Positions 1 to 12,460 are shown, counted from the first letter of the stretch. The stretch: DNA of 64,000 bases from Mytilus edulis (GCF_963676685.1 NC_092352.1:51274001-51338000), one strand, 5' to 3'. Notes: generated by a model not told the origin, from the letters alone. Program-made: numbers and translations.

Positions 1-406
1 TGGCAAAAGTTTTAGTGTATTAAAGTGACTTATTATTGCACTCGAAGAAACACAATTATCTTTAGTACAAACCATTGAATATGTACATATGTGCAAATTA
101 CTTATGAACTGTTAAGTCTTATGTCTTTATCTAGAAGATCAAATTAGCAATCCAACTTTAAGCAACTAAAAATACTTCATGGAGCAATCAGAATGTCTCA
201 ATATCTGCAGCATAATATCTGAAATTTACCGTTTAAGTTTTTCATGGAAGATGCTTAATGTTATTTTAGAACACATCAGATAAAGTACTTTTTTTCAAAC
301 CTTTGACTTCGAAAAAGTGGCATAGCCTAGTTCTTGTATTTTCTGTCTTTTTTTCGTGTGATCAAACTGTCTTTGATTTTGAATATTTGATAGACATCAC
401 ACGTAC

Positions 407-590
407 AGTAAATAGTTATCAAAGGTACCAGGATTATAATTTAATACGCCAGACGCGCGCTTCGTCTACATAATACACATCAGTGACGCTCAGATCAAAA
501 TAGTTATCAAGCCAAACAAGTACAAAGTTGAAGAGCATTGAGGAGCCAACGTTTCCAAAAGTTGTGCAAAATACGGCTAAGGTAATCTAT
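407..590 (-). mobile_element. Partial hammerhead-ribozyme repeat (retrozyme-like), degenerate core
   Basis: Minus strand 489-446 reads GCGTCA-CTGATGT-GTAT-TATGT-AGAC-GAAG-CGCGCG-TC-TGGCGT: type I hammerhead layout with two core substitutions. Flanks are homologous to 10020-10190. Confidence 0.75.
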
Positions 591-1489
591 TACTTTTGTT
601 CGTTAAGTATTTCTTATTAATTCGTTTATATGATGGACGAGTATAGGTTAAGAATTATATATTACACGTGGCCTATTTAGCTAGTTACTACAATTCTTAT
701 ACGACACATGGTCGACAATTGTGTTAATCATGTCTTCTTGTTTTTTATCTATAACGTTGTCACCATGTGATAATGTATTATTGTGGCGTTGTCTTAAATA
801 TAATGCAAATAAATTTATAATCAATCCGGCATAGAGGTAGTTTGTTAGACTGTGGCATGTTGTTTGGATTATTTTGTTAATGTGTTGATTTATGTACTTG
901 TGTTTATGTTTCCAAATATTGGCCCTCGAAAACATGAAATAAAAACATAAACGGAAGAAGGATTTTGTATATGTTTGTAATTCTCATCGGATTTTGTCAA
1001 ATGTGTTGACTTCTTTTCTATTATATTTATGTGTTATGGTAAATAATATTAATCACCGCATTCATTTATTAGATTTCATTTTGTTCAACGTAATCAGTGC
1101 GATATTTTACGTTTCAAGTGAGATTCAAAACAAACCGTACATAGCTTTATAATATAGTTAATTGCTGCCTTAGTTTGCTATTAATAAATATTGAAATGTG
1201 CATTGTTATTAAGTGCAATATCGGTATTTAGTTCAAATGTAATCTTGGGTCAGTCCTAGTTCTATCTTATTCATTCAAATGACGTCATTTTTCATTTTTC
1301 ATTTTTTGATGATCTGTTTTACAAATTCAAATGACGTCATCATTTTTTTGTCATTTTTTACAATTTCAAATATGACGTCACTTGGCGTTGAGGTTTAAAC
1401 ATATTCGGATGTGTCTACATATTGTGTTGCAAATGTCTGGTTATGTAATGTATTTCAGTTGTTTCCTGTAATTAGTTAATATTTCAGTT

Positions 1490-1745
1490 CTATCATGTAC
1501 AGCTTTTGTTTATTAATTTTATAAATTTACTGTTTGCAAAAGTATAAATTATTCTAAATGATAAGGATGTTCTGGTAACTAACAGAAAACCCTGGCCGTT
1601 TTTGGCACAACTTTTTTGATCTTTTAGTCCTCGATGCTGTTCGACTTTGTGCTTGTTTCGGCTTTCAAACTTTTGTATCTGGGCATCACTAGTAGATCTT
1701 GTGTGGATAAAATGCACTTCTGGCATATTAAAATTTTCAACTTGT
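1490..1745 (+). mobile_element. Old inverted copy of the hammerhead-repeat family
   Basis: Reverse-complement similarity to 430-590 (GGCCGTTTTTGGCACAACTTTT vs AAAAGTTGTGCAAAATACGGC). Relic core at 1681-1726: GCATCA-CTAGTAG-ATCT-TGTGT-GGAT-AAAA-TGCACT-TC-TGGCAT. Confidence 0.6.
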
Positions 1746-1849
1746 TGCCTTTTGTTGGCTGTGGTTCGTGTGTTTCTTTGTCAATTGTATTCTCCAATTT
1801 ATTTATATTGAAGTCCTGTAGTGTTGAGTTGTCATCTTAATGTTATATT

Positions 1850-2290
1850 TCACATGGCTTTAAAAGGGGAGGTTTGTCATGCCACAAAACCAGGTTCAAC
1901 CCGCCATTTTTTTCTTTAAAAATGTCCTGTACCAAGTCAGGAATATAGCCAATGTTATATTATAGTTCGTTTCTGTATGTGTTACATTTTAACGTTGCGT
2001 CGTTTGTTTTCTCTTATTTTTTAGTGTAAATTCACATTGCGATAAGACGTGTCACGGTACTTGCCTATCCCAAATTCATGTATTTGGTTATGATGTTATA
2101 TTTGTTATTCTCGTGGGATTTTGTCTGTTGCTTGGTCCGTTTCTGTGTGTGTTACATTGTAGTGTTGTGTCGTTGTTCTCCTCCTATATTTAATGCGTTT
2201 CCCTCAGTTTTAGTTTGTTACCCCGATTTTGTTTTTTGTCCATGGATTTATGAGTTTGAACATCGGTATACTACTGTTGCCTTTATTTTG
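1850..2290 (+). repeat. SINE-like interspersed repeat
   Basis: Core CCTGTACCAAGTCAGGAAT, with a variant at about 56390. The 3' part resembles 940-1030. Confidence 0.45.
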
Positions 2291-2719
2291 TACTAAGATC
2301 ATAAGTTTGGTCATTTTTCGTCTTTATTATATTACTATAAACAACAATTGTTGACTTTTGATATTAGTTTATACAATGATTTATTAACCTCAGAGACATG
2401 TCCTCGGTGAATAGCATATATCTAGTGTTGATAAAAAAAATCAAAAATTGTAATTTTGTTATCTTATTAGAATAATGAAAATTAACAGAAAAACCCTGTA
2501 TTGCTTTTGAAATTTACATTTGCCATCGCATTGCTTTTGCGAGATTTTTTTTTATCTGTATCTAAATCTTTTTTTGTGTCTTACTTTTTTACCGTTGTTG
2601 CTGTAAGAACCCCTTGAATCTATTCTTATAATAGACTTATCATCACAACATTTTATTTTTTTTGTCGAGAGAGTTTTTGTCATTCTAAACTTATCACTTT
2701 TTGAGATATGAGTACTGAT

Positions 2720-2926
2720 GTGAAGCATGATCTGCTTACCCTTACGGAGCACCAGAGATGACCCCCAGTTTTTAGTGGGATCCGTGTTGCTCAGTCTTTA
2801 GTTTTCTATGGGTTTTTTTGTGTACTATTATTTGTGTTTGCCTTTTTCATTTTTAGCCATGACGTTGTCAATTTATTTTCGATTTATGAGTTTGACTGTT
2901 CCTCTGGTATCGTTCGCCCCTCTTTT
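2720..2926 (+). mobile_element. Solo 3' end of the Penelope-like element at 54546-55662
   Basis: Homologous to 4290-4518 and to the reverse complement of 54546-54770. Confidence 0.8.
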
Positions 2927-3083
2927 ATCTGACATTAAAGCAATAATGAATAATAAGTAATGACAACATTTGTTCAGAGAAATTGTATTTCTTTAATAAC
3001 AACTGTTACATGAAAGACTTTTTCAAAGATTATAATAATTGATAGAAGTTCAACTTAGTATAAATGGTATTTGATTCCAATAA

Positions 3084-3711
3084 TTAAGAACATTTTGAAA
3101 TATCATACTGGTCTTCTGCTTTCCCGCCATTGAAATGATCGTACGTGTCTTGGTTTTCTGAATCCGACCTGTAACAACTTGTAGAATCATATACCGTATC
3201 GACAGTATGACTGTAAATGTTGTTTGTAGATTTTTTATGTCGATTGTCACGTGATGAATCATACACGCCTTCTTCAGAAAGACCATATGTATCATCTGTT
3301 AGATATGTTGTGCTATCAAAGCTTGTTTTATCCTGACTCGTATTCACTGGTTGGGCAAGTTCATATTGCTGCTCAGTTTTGGTTTTATCTTCAGATCTGT
3401 TGTAACCCGTAATTTGTGGATCTAAAACTAAGTAGTTGTTTGAAGCAGCATCGTTAGATATCATCTTAGAAGTATAACCTTGTTCAGTAGATGGTTCAAC
3501 AGTAGCATAATCATAATTTAAATTTGTCTGCTTTAAATCTTGTTTTCTACCAGAAACGTCACTGTTTGTGAGGTTTTGGTATGGATAATCGGTAGTCTTT
3601 TTTAAATCCAGGTACGTATTGTTAAGATGGCCAGTCCCACGTGCCATTTCATCATTTTGAGATGTAGTATAACCATCCTTTGGTTCTTTCCGTTTGCTCG
3701 ATCCAAAAAAC
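3084..3711 (-). CDS. Receptor gene, terminal exon: Tyr-rich cytoplasmic tail
   Basis: Acceptor tttaag|G at 3711 continues in frame into ORF 3084-3647. 18 Tyr, including YLDL, YQNL, YATV, YLVL, EGVYD, NIYSH, DTYDH. Confidence 0.8.
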
Positions 3712-4051
3712 CTTAAATATTTGAAAAAAAATCGTATTGTTTTACATTATTATGATTGAACAAACTTTATGGATCGTAAAACTTCAATTTATTTCTTGGT
3801 TATACATGCTAATACACATGATGGTAATTAGAGAATATTGTGATGTGAATAAATTATTCCTTTTTTCTTTTCCCAGTTAGTATTTTTTTCAACTTTTTAT
3901 ATTGGCGAAAGAACAAAGAATTTACCTGTATTATTTTACCTTATGAAGTGACGAAATGGTACAATTAAAAGTTTTAATCGTAGAGATTGAATCTATTGAA
4001 TATTGAGAATTTAAGTTCCATGTAAAAAGTAAAATCACAAAAGTACAATAC

Positions 4052-4127
4052 CTTCGAATGAATATAAAAGTAACAACCAGAACAAGTATAACCAATACCA
4101 GACCCACAACAAGTCCAATAACCATTC
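4052..4127 (-). CDS. Receptor gene, transmembrane exon
   Basis: ttcag|GA...AG|gtattg encodes GMVIGLVVGLVLVILVLVVTFIFIRR (hydrophobic helix plus basic stop-transfer). Phase 1-2 matches the neighbouring exons. Confidence 0.85.
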
Positions 4128-4289
4128 CTGAAATAAAGTCCAAAAATATTTAACATATACATGTACTAGTATATCATTCTTATCTTTCCTTTTCAGATTG
4201 TCACCTTTATTATGTATGTTTAGCTATGTTCATAACATCGCGAGCTAAAATTCAAAGTTTTATGAGAAAAAAAATCTAATAGTTTGAGA

Positions 4290-4518
4290 TAACACGACGG
4301 GTGCCACATGTGGAGCAGGATCTACTTACCCTTCCGGAGCACCTGAGATCACCCCTAGTTTTTGGTGGGGTTCGTGTTGTTTATTCTTTAGTTTTCTATG
4401 TTGTGTCGTGTGTACTATTGTTTTTCTGTTTGTCTTTTTTATTTTTAGCCATGGCGTTGTCAGTTTGTTTTAGATTTATGAGTTTGACTGTCCCTTTGGT
4501 ATCTTTCGTCCCTCTTTT
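4290..4518 (+). mobile_element. Solo 3' end of the Penelope-like element (intronic)
   Basis: Near-identical to the reverse complement of 54546-54770. The spurious ORF MPHVEQDLLTLPEH appears in both. Confidence 0.85.
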
Positions 4519-5224
4519 GAGATAACAATTTGTCTTCACTTAAACCGAGCCCAATCTAAGTTTATACGTAAGGTGATATGTTATAGGATATTTTTAATGT
4601 TGCATTGGAGATTTGAAAGTTGTGTCCAAAACTACTTTCAAGAAATAAAAAAGGGCATCATGTTCATCAAATATACTCTACGATACGATCCGAGTAAGTT
4701 GACCCTTTACATGAGATTGTTCTAAAAGGTTGTCAATTCAAAACAGTAATACGATCTATGAATATTGTTCTAAAGGTGTCAATATTGATTGTTAATGACT
4801 AAATATTATTTTTATATACATACGCACATTCACAGTTATACAATCTGTCGATACCGGTATCTTGACATTGCCCAATGTTTTTATCTAAATGTTAAAGGAC
4901 GTCTTTCTTCTAAATACATTTGATGCTGGGTGAATACTGATTGACATTTGTGTATTAGATATATATTTTTTGTACTGGTTTGTAGTTGTAATTAGCAGGG
5001 AACTAGCTGCCAGTAACTGCGAATACTCTCAGATCTGTTCTTAATTTCTTGTTTTTGGCTTTCATTAATACCCTGTCACGTCCTGTCTGTATATTCACGG
5101 CTAAATATTTTGAAATATGTCAAGGAAAAATAGCTGTGTATCAAAAGTTTTGTAGAGTGTCACGCAGCCTAATATTCATGAAAGGGGATGTAACTGCCTA
5201 AAAATGGTATACGTGAATACCAAG

Positions 5225-5365
5225 GTGATAATTTCAAGAGTAAAGTTGTCAATTCAAGATTAAATGTGTTAATTCCAAGATTAAAGTTGTTCATTCCATG
5301 ATTAAAGTTGAAAATCTCAAGATTAAAGTTGATTATTCTAAGATAAACGTCGACAATTTCAAAAA
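5225..5365. repeat. Degenerate ~21-bp minisatellite
   Basis: Recurring TCAAGATTAAAGTTG units. Confidence 0.6.
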
Positions 5366-5463
5366 ACAAATGGTCCGGATAAGCTCATGTTTTAAAATGA
5401 GCCTTCGGTTTAAAAAAAATGTATCGCGACTTGAAAGTCTACAACACTACACATAACTAGTAC

Positions 5464-5526
5464 CTATGTCATTACTGTCTTCATTTGTAAACGTTGACGT
5501 TGTTGCATTGGTTACCACAATTGCGT
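5464..5526 (-). CDS. Receptor gene, Ser/Thr-rich stalk exon
   Basis: ttttacag|AC...ATAG|gtact, 63 nt, phase 1-1, AIVVTNATTSTFTNEDSNDI. Confidence 0.65.
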
Positions 5527-7612
5527 CTGTAAAAAGAGAAGATGTTTTACAGGATTACCTTCTGTTGCTTAATACTGAATGTTACTCAAGTTCCGTCATA
5601 TTTTAGGACTTTATATATGGCAATACCGTTATATCGCTCTTTAATTTGTCAGTCAGGCTTATCATCGTTGTACATTGTTTTCCTGTATGAAAGGGTCGTG
5701 AATGTTCGCTTCGTTTACACTATCGCCTTTTATTTAAAATATGGCTCCATTTGAATTATTTATTATTCGTTATATGAGAAATATTTTGGGAGACCTAATT
5801 CTGCTTGTTTCCTATTAAATCGGTTGTTCGCTTCTACTTTTTTTTTAAAGTGATTTATAACTAATCCTGCTGTCATAGGTACATCGTATGATTTGACAAA
5901 GTTGTGTTATGCTAAATGCTTAGTTGCCGTTAATACATGACAACGGTACAAGGAAAAACAAAAAAACTAATCAAGAGGACAGAACATGTTTTTGATAATT
6001 GAAGACCAGTGGCGGATCCAGAAATTTTCATAAGAGGAAACCCATTGACTGCCTTAGAGGGATCTTGGTATGCTCCTGATAAGATCCTACTAAGATTCAA
6101 CTACGATAGTAATATGTTATGATTACAGCTTACGGTCTTGTAATGCTCTTGCTATTTGAATAACATTTTTTTATTATAGAAATGGGCGTATAACTTACTC
6201 TTTAATTTATTTCTTAATTGTTTTCGATATGTAATATGAAAAGGAAAAAAAAATTCTTCCGTTCGCTGATGACCGAACAGTATTATTTTAAAGTAATCCC
6301 AACAGTGGATTGTTATCTAAATTTATAATGAGTGTCTGTTAATTGTAAGTCCATAAAAATGATAAATTGTTAAACTTTATCAACCAACTAACGGAACGAA
6401 TTGAAAACAACTGCCATTATTATATAACACCTCCATATATATTAAGCACACTTAAAAGTATATGATACTATCGTCCAGGGCTTTCATTTCCAATCATGAT
6501 TACTTTTACAGAGCAATGCTGCTAATGAGGAGCCTATTAAAACATGTTCTTAATGGTAAATATCATTCATTACTTTTGAAAGTTTCACTGACGACATCAT
6601 GGTATTAAGAGTATCTATGTCATGTTAATTAACGCAGAAATATTGCCAACTATGTTCCAACTTTGCGGTTTGTCTAAGCACAGAAGATTACTAAATACTA
6701 TTGAAAATTTACTTAAAATAATCAACCCGATTGGTGCTCCTATTATATCAACAACTTATAACTTTAACTACATAAGCATCCATGTTCAGTTGCTTTTTTA
6801 GTGGGGTTCGTTATTCTCAGATTTGTTTTATTTGGTGCTTACTGAACTGCTGTTTTTGCTTTTGTCGTTTCATTATGTTTAAGGTTCAGCTATGCTAATG
6901 ACATATGGGGTTTTTGGAGGGTCTGATTTTTTTTTGTTATTGTCTCTTTTTCAACAAATAAATTAATACGTGTCAGGATAAAATTGGTTATAAAGTATCA
7001 AATCATGTTAATTTTTTTTTCGATTAGTGAACGAATAATAGAAAATTCAAAGCGCACAATAACAATCATTGTATTAATCATGAACATTCTAATAATCTCA
7101 CTGACAATGACAAAGTTATATATATACTTAACCCATCAACACCAACACAAGTGAAAAAACAAGGATCCTTTATAAAAAAAAAGTCGATGGAACTGAGGAC
7201 AGGGGACCCTTTAATATTTAACTGAATTTGTATATATATATTGAGTTACTTAGTTATTGTCTTTATTTGTTTTTGTTGTTGTTATATGTCACAAACTGTA
7301 AAGTTTATATGGCAATAAAACTTTGAATTGAATTGAATTGAAAAAAAATAATAATATGAAACATTTTCCCGGAGTGGACGCTGTTGATTTTAGAGTTGGT
7401 GAGGTCTGTGTATAGTCTTTTTTATCATAAAATCGAATGCCTCAAATATTAGCTATCCATCTTCAAATTTAGAATTTGTCGGTTTTTACCCAACAATGTT
7501 TCACTTGAAACAGTTCAAAATGAACTATAATAAGAACACTCAACGGTGTCTCGAAATGTAAATTATATATGTACTCAGTTCAAAACAACATAGCACTATG
7601 GCAGGACCTTAC

Positions 7613-8095
7613 ATTCTTCCTGCTTCTAAGTCTTCTACAAATGAATCGTAGGTTTCATGACATGTATAGTTCTTTATCTTACATATTTGATTTACGACTT
7701 CAAAAAAATCTTTGAGAGTTTGTCAAGGCTATTTACGTACATGCACAGATGTCGCTGTCTTAGATCTGTAGATACCAGTTTCTTGTTTAATCTGTAATTT
7801 TACCGATTGTAATACTTTGGTTGAATATTTATTATTCATACATCTTAGCTTGCATTGCAAAAAAGAACGCACCTTTTTCGCTGTCAAAGAGTTGAAACAG
7901 TCATTTGAAATAATTGAAGAATATTCATTTGCTCGAATTCCTATTTCTTTAGTCGATTTAGCATTCCAACTGATTTGTTTCGAATGTTCTTGTTTAGAAA
8001 ATCCGGCATGATTGACATATTCAATTATAAACCGGTCAATGATATACCACGGATCAGTTTTTTACAAATATAATTTAGGATTTTTGGCATTATTT
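7613..8095 (-). pseudogene. Probable disabled ectodomain exon of the receptor gene
   Basis: Bounded by tacag| and |gtaag. About 110 open codons (KTDPWYIIDRF...QISWNAKS...DCFNS...LQCKLRCM...), but a frameshift in an A-run near 8060 and two in-frame stops near 7723-7731. Confidence 0.4.
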
Positions 8096-9039
8096 CTGTA
8101 TAACTACAAATGAATATACCATAACGCAAACATCTGTCAATGTGGCCTAAATGGAACTACGCAAAGGGAAGTATTTAATTTATTAACTTTTGGAAATCAT
8201 GTTTTTTAAATGAAAAAAAAGTGAAACGGACATTTTGAAACTGTACAGATTTGGAACATGAATTATTTCGATTCTAATAGGACAAATACGGTCATTAAAA
8301 AACTGAAGCGAGGTTGGGTATGCTGTGTGTGTGGCTGTTCTTTTTTACTCCCTGCTAGATAAAGCTCAAATATCTTTATAAATATGTAGCTTGCGTAGGT
8401 TAGTTTGTGAATAACTGCTAGAAAAAAACTTTTTAATTCTTTACATTCTCGAACCCAACATTTGCCATTTTAAATTTACATGTATTTCTCGTAAGCTTCC
8501 GTTAAATCCAACGTTGACATTTTGTAACTAAGGACCCGCCATGTTGACTTGCTGAAACGAGTAAATATGCGAATAATGCAATAGAATAGAAAATAAAACC
8601 AAGCTTACCTCAAAAATCAGTTTTAATACAATATCATACGAATTCCGATGGTTCATGCAACAGAAAACTTTCAACTTTAGCGGTTTCATTTGTATGACGT
8701 CATGTTTTGAAATGACTTAAATGTGCCAAAAAGATTAAAAGACTTTCGCGGAATTTTATTTAATTTTTATTTTGTTGATTTCTCCGAGCTCTTGTGCATT
8801 ACTTCTTTTTATCATGCATACGAATAAGAAAAAAAGTTATTTTGTCTTTTTTAATTGCCCTTTTTAAAACAATAAAATCGGCAGAGGGTCTGTATACATG
8901 TAGATTTACGTAGGAAGTATATTGTAACAGCCATTATTATGTATGTCTCTGAGTCTGCGCTAAGTATATTTTATCGAGAATTTAATCACAGTGTTGTTCA
9001 CAAAGCTAAAGAAGCACGTCATATTAGAATTATACGTAC

Positions 9040-9714
9040 AGACAGGTAATCCTAAGGCCACTCTGATATTGTTCATAGAATATGACGTCATGAATCCACC
9101 ACAACCTCCCATATGCATCTCAAAATCAAAATAGAATTCCTTTTCCATATGTTTGCTGCTTGATAATGTAGAAGACCGACGTATCCAACCGTTCATAAAG
9201 CTATTAGTGTTGCCTACTCGACCAGGATATGTTAATTTTGGATTATAGTAGAGAGTTATATAACTGTTTGGATTGGCGTCACAGTTAGTGAAAATAAAGT
9301 CTTGTTTTGCAGCACGATATCCTTGTTCACTTTCTTCTTTGGCCAGGCTTATTGGTAAAAATCCAAGAAATAAATATGGCGCCATATTGGTATTTTCGTG
9401 GGACGGACCTTGATAAGAGGTAGTGCTGTTATATCCGAAGTATAAGGTAGAACTGTTTTGAAACTGTAACAAATTTTCTACAATAACTTCATTTTGAGTA
9501 CCGTTACTAAAGAAAATCCGTAATTTCGCAAAATCCCTGGTCGAGTATAATTTTGAAATATCAACTGTCGTTTTATAAGCATCCTTTGAAATGTAGGTGT
9601 AAACCCAATCTTCTTCAAATGAGCAATATACTTTGATGGAATTGCCGTTTTGGTAAATTACATATTCTCCGCTTGAAATATTACTGTCTCTTTTGTAGAA
9701 TTCTATGCATGAAC
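9040..9714 (-). CDS. Receptor gene, main ectodomain exon (FReD-like start plus unrecognised Cys/aromatic domain)
   Basis: tattag|GT...GTCT|gtacgt, 675 nt fully open, phase 1-1: SCIEFYKRDSNISSGEYVIYQNGNSIKVYCSF...YLFLGFLP...QGYR...FTNCDANPNSY...FEMHMGGCGG...ALGLPV. Confidence 0.8.
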
Positions 9715-10001
9715 CTAATATTAAATAGATAATTTTTTAATTAACAATCAATTTTATAATATGTTCTGTAAATTCTATAAATTAGATAAAGCGCGAACTA
9801 GAACTAGTTGAAAAAGAAGAAACATTTCACAAATCAAGAAATACAGAAATGTATACAACTAATGTAGAAAATACATGTTACAAAGTAAGAAATTAAAAAA
9901 TTAAGAAATAAAATTTAATGTTTATGGCTGATGTACCCTTCCATAATAAAAAGGCGAAATAGTAAGATACTCTTTGAAACTCTTTGTTTTAAGTCTGTAG
10001 G

Positions 10002-10367
10002 TAAATAAACTCATCATAGATACCAGGATTAAAATTTTATATTTACGCCAGGCGCGCGTTTCGTCTACAAAAGACTCATCAGTAACACTCGGATCAAAAA
10101 ATGTTTTAAGGGCCAAATAAGTACGAAGTTGAAGAGCATTGAGGACCAAACATTCCTAAAAGTTTTGCCAAATACAGCTAAGGTAATCTATTCCTGTGGT
10201 AGAAAACCCTTAGTAATTCAAAAATTAAAAATTTGATTAACAGTTAATTTATAATTATGAACATATTAATGATAACTCAAGTCAACACAGAAGTGCTGAC
10301 TACTGGGCTGATAAATCTCCACCAGCAGTGGCATCGACCCAGAGGTTATAAATAAACTCATCATAGA
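10002..10367 (-). mobile_element. Complete 347-bp retrozyme-like monomer with terminal redundancy
   Basis: TAAATAAACTCATCATAGA occurs at 10002-10020 and 10349-10367. Contains a hammerhead core. Confidence 0.85.
10045..10089 (-). ncRNA. Type I minimal hammerhead ribozyme (cleavage triplet mutated)
   Basis: Minus strand: GTGTTA-CTGATGA-GTCT-TTTGT-AGAC-GAAA-CGCGCG-CC-TGGCGT. Intact CUGAUGA/GAAA core and palindromic stem III, but GCC replaces GUC. Confidence 0.8.
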
Positions 10368-11269
10368 AAAAGGGTAAGGTCATACATACATAGTAGCCCA
10401 TGACTATGTAAATAGACGAAAGTTTGAGTCATGATAAATCAGATTATTCTACCTCTTGGCAGGGCGACATGTTTCTTTCGGACAAATCAAACTGTCAGAT
10501 AATCATTGCTGATGTCTTATTGAGTTGCGAGTCAATAATTTCACCTCGTTGGATACGTATTTGTGTTACATTAAATGTAATCACCTTGCCGGCAATGGGT
10601 TACTCATGTACTAGGCGTGTTCATCTATCAAAGGAAAAGACTGTCAGCATTGAAAGTAAACAAGAATTTACTATTTTGTTTACTGGTTAATCTTTCTTAT
10701 ACAGGTAAACAACTTGATTTCAATATTTTTCATCTATAAAGTCCCACAAACATATTCCCGATTGTCCCACAAAATTTCATTACTCTGTTTACCTGTCGAC
10801 TTAAACACCACAACATAATATTGAGTTTTTGTAATTTGGCTATACGCTTTCACGGATAGTAAGGTCGTCATATCGAGGAGCGTTTAGTACAGTGATTTTG
10901 TCATAATTTGGTTAAGTTGGTCATGGATAAGTTATGTAACTTCCCAAAACGATTGCCTCAGCTCTTTTCAAATTAGCAAGTAAAAAGAAAATTAAATGTT
11001 TGAATCTATATTGTAAGTCAAACTATCTAAATTTAAATTGTTGTTTTCAAGAAATTAACGCAGGATAACCAAGATATCCAAATTGGTATGGTTTGGTTAA
11101 GCGATTGAAATGGTTCAGTTAAGAGTCAGAAATTCGTCATGGTTTTGGTTATATTTGTCATGGTTTAGATCCAAATTCATACATATTTGTGGCACCTTAA
11201 TATTGATAGTTTGTTTGAAGGCGATTGTAAAAAATTAAAGTAACACAATTTACTAATTGACTGAAGAGG

Positions 11270-11386
11270 AAAAAAAGCCTTTTGACCAAATTTGGTGGGC
11301 GTAAACGGCAAATCGTACATTTATATAAAAAAAAAGCCTTTTGACCAAATTTGGTGGGCGTAAACGGCAAATCGTACATTTATATA
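11270..11386. repeat. Tandem duplication of ~59 bp
   Basis: AAAAAAAGCCTTTTGACCAAATTTGGTGGGCGTAAACGGCAAATCGTACATTTATATA occurs twice. Confidence 0.9.
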
Positions 11387-11387
11387 T

Positions 11388-12460
11388 TTTTGTACCCCGT
11401 GTAACGCATTGCAGGGTCAATGGAAATATCGGGCGTCCGTATTACCGTCCGTCCGTCTGTGTGTTCATCCGTCCGGTCTCACGTTTACAATTCTTGCCGG
11501 ATTTTTTTTTCTGAAATTCATATCATAGTTTTTAGCTCACCTGGCCCACAGGGCCAAGTGAGCTTTTCTCATCACTTTGCGTCCGTCGTCCGTCGTCGTC
11601 GTCCGTCGTCGTTAACTTTTACAAAAATCTTCTCCTCTGAAAGTACTGGGCCAAATCAAACCAAACTTGGCCACAATCATTATGTGGGTATCTAGTTTAA
11701 AAAATGTCTCCGGTGACCCGGCCAACCAACCAAGATGGCTGCCATGGCTAAAAATATAACATAGGGGTAAAATTTAGATTTTGGCTTATATCTCTGAAAC
11801 CAAAGCATTTAGAGCAAATCTGAAATGGGGTAAAATTGTTGATCAGGTCAATGTCTATCTGTCCTGAAATTTCCAGATGAAGCGGAGAACCCTTTTTTGG
11901 GGTTGCTGCCCCTAAATTGGTAATTTTAACAAAATTTTGCCGATTTTGGTTATTATCTTGAATATTATTATAGATAGAGATAAACTGTGTAATCAGCAAT
12001 AATGTTCAGCAAAGTAAGAGCTACAAATAAGTCAACTTGACAAAAGTGGTCAATTGACCCCTTACGGAGTTATTGACCTTTATAGTCAATTTTTAACACT
12101 TTTTAAAAAAAAATAATTGTAAGCAGCAAGATTGTTCAATAAAGAAAGATTTACAAACACATCACTAACACCAAAACACAATTTTGTCATGAATCTTTAA
12201 TATGCACATAGACCAAGGTGAGCGACACAGGCTCTTTAGAGCCTCTAGTTTAGGAATATTATAGTTTGGGCTAGTTCAAAAATCAGTGCCGATCATTTAT
12301 TTTTAAAAGAGTTATGCCCCTTGAAAACATAAGTTATAAACGTTACATTGTTAGCACTCCCAAATTTACATGTCTTGCAAGAATTTTATGGAACTTACAT
12401 CATAAGTTTCTGTAAGAAATGTCTTGGACAAATTCAAAAATTAGTGCTGATCAAAGGTCT
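11388..12460 (+). mobile_element. Older Helentron-associated (HINE/DINE-like) element split by a younger one
   Basis: T-run start and GTCC microsatellite at about 11445-11475. The sequence resumes after 12250. Confidence 0.5.
11529..12250 (+). mobile_element. Helentron-associated non-autonomous element, one internal unit
   Basis: Sub-terminal IR GCTCACCT(T)GG at both ends, (CGT/CGTC)n microsatellite, 3' hairpin AGGCTCT-TT-AGAGCCT, T-run ends. Homologous to 22781-24585. Confidence 0.8.

Noticed and set aside
4301-4525. Hydrophobic ORF MPHVEQDLL... (also 54516-54758)
   Set aside because: Lies in the 3' non-coding part of a repeated retroelement.
4824-4884. Possible Cys-containing exon (DKNIGQCQDTGIDRLYNCEC)
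   Set aside because: It ends in phase 2, incompatible with the phase-1 TM exon. Unsupported without transcripts.
10453-10624. Exon-like segment on the minus strand in intron 1
   Set aside because: In-frame stops and no recognisable homology.
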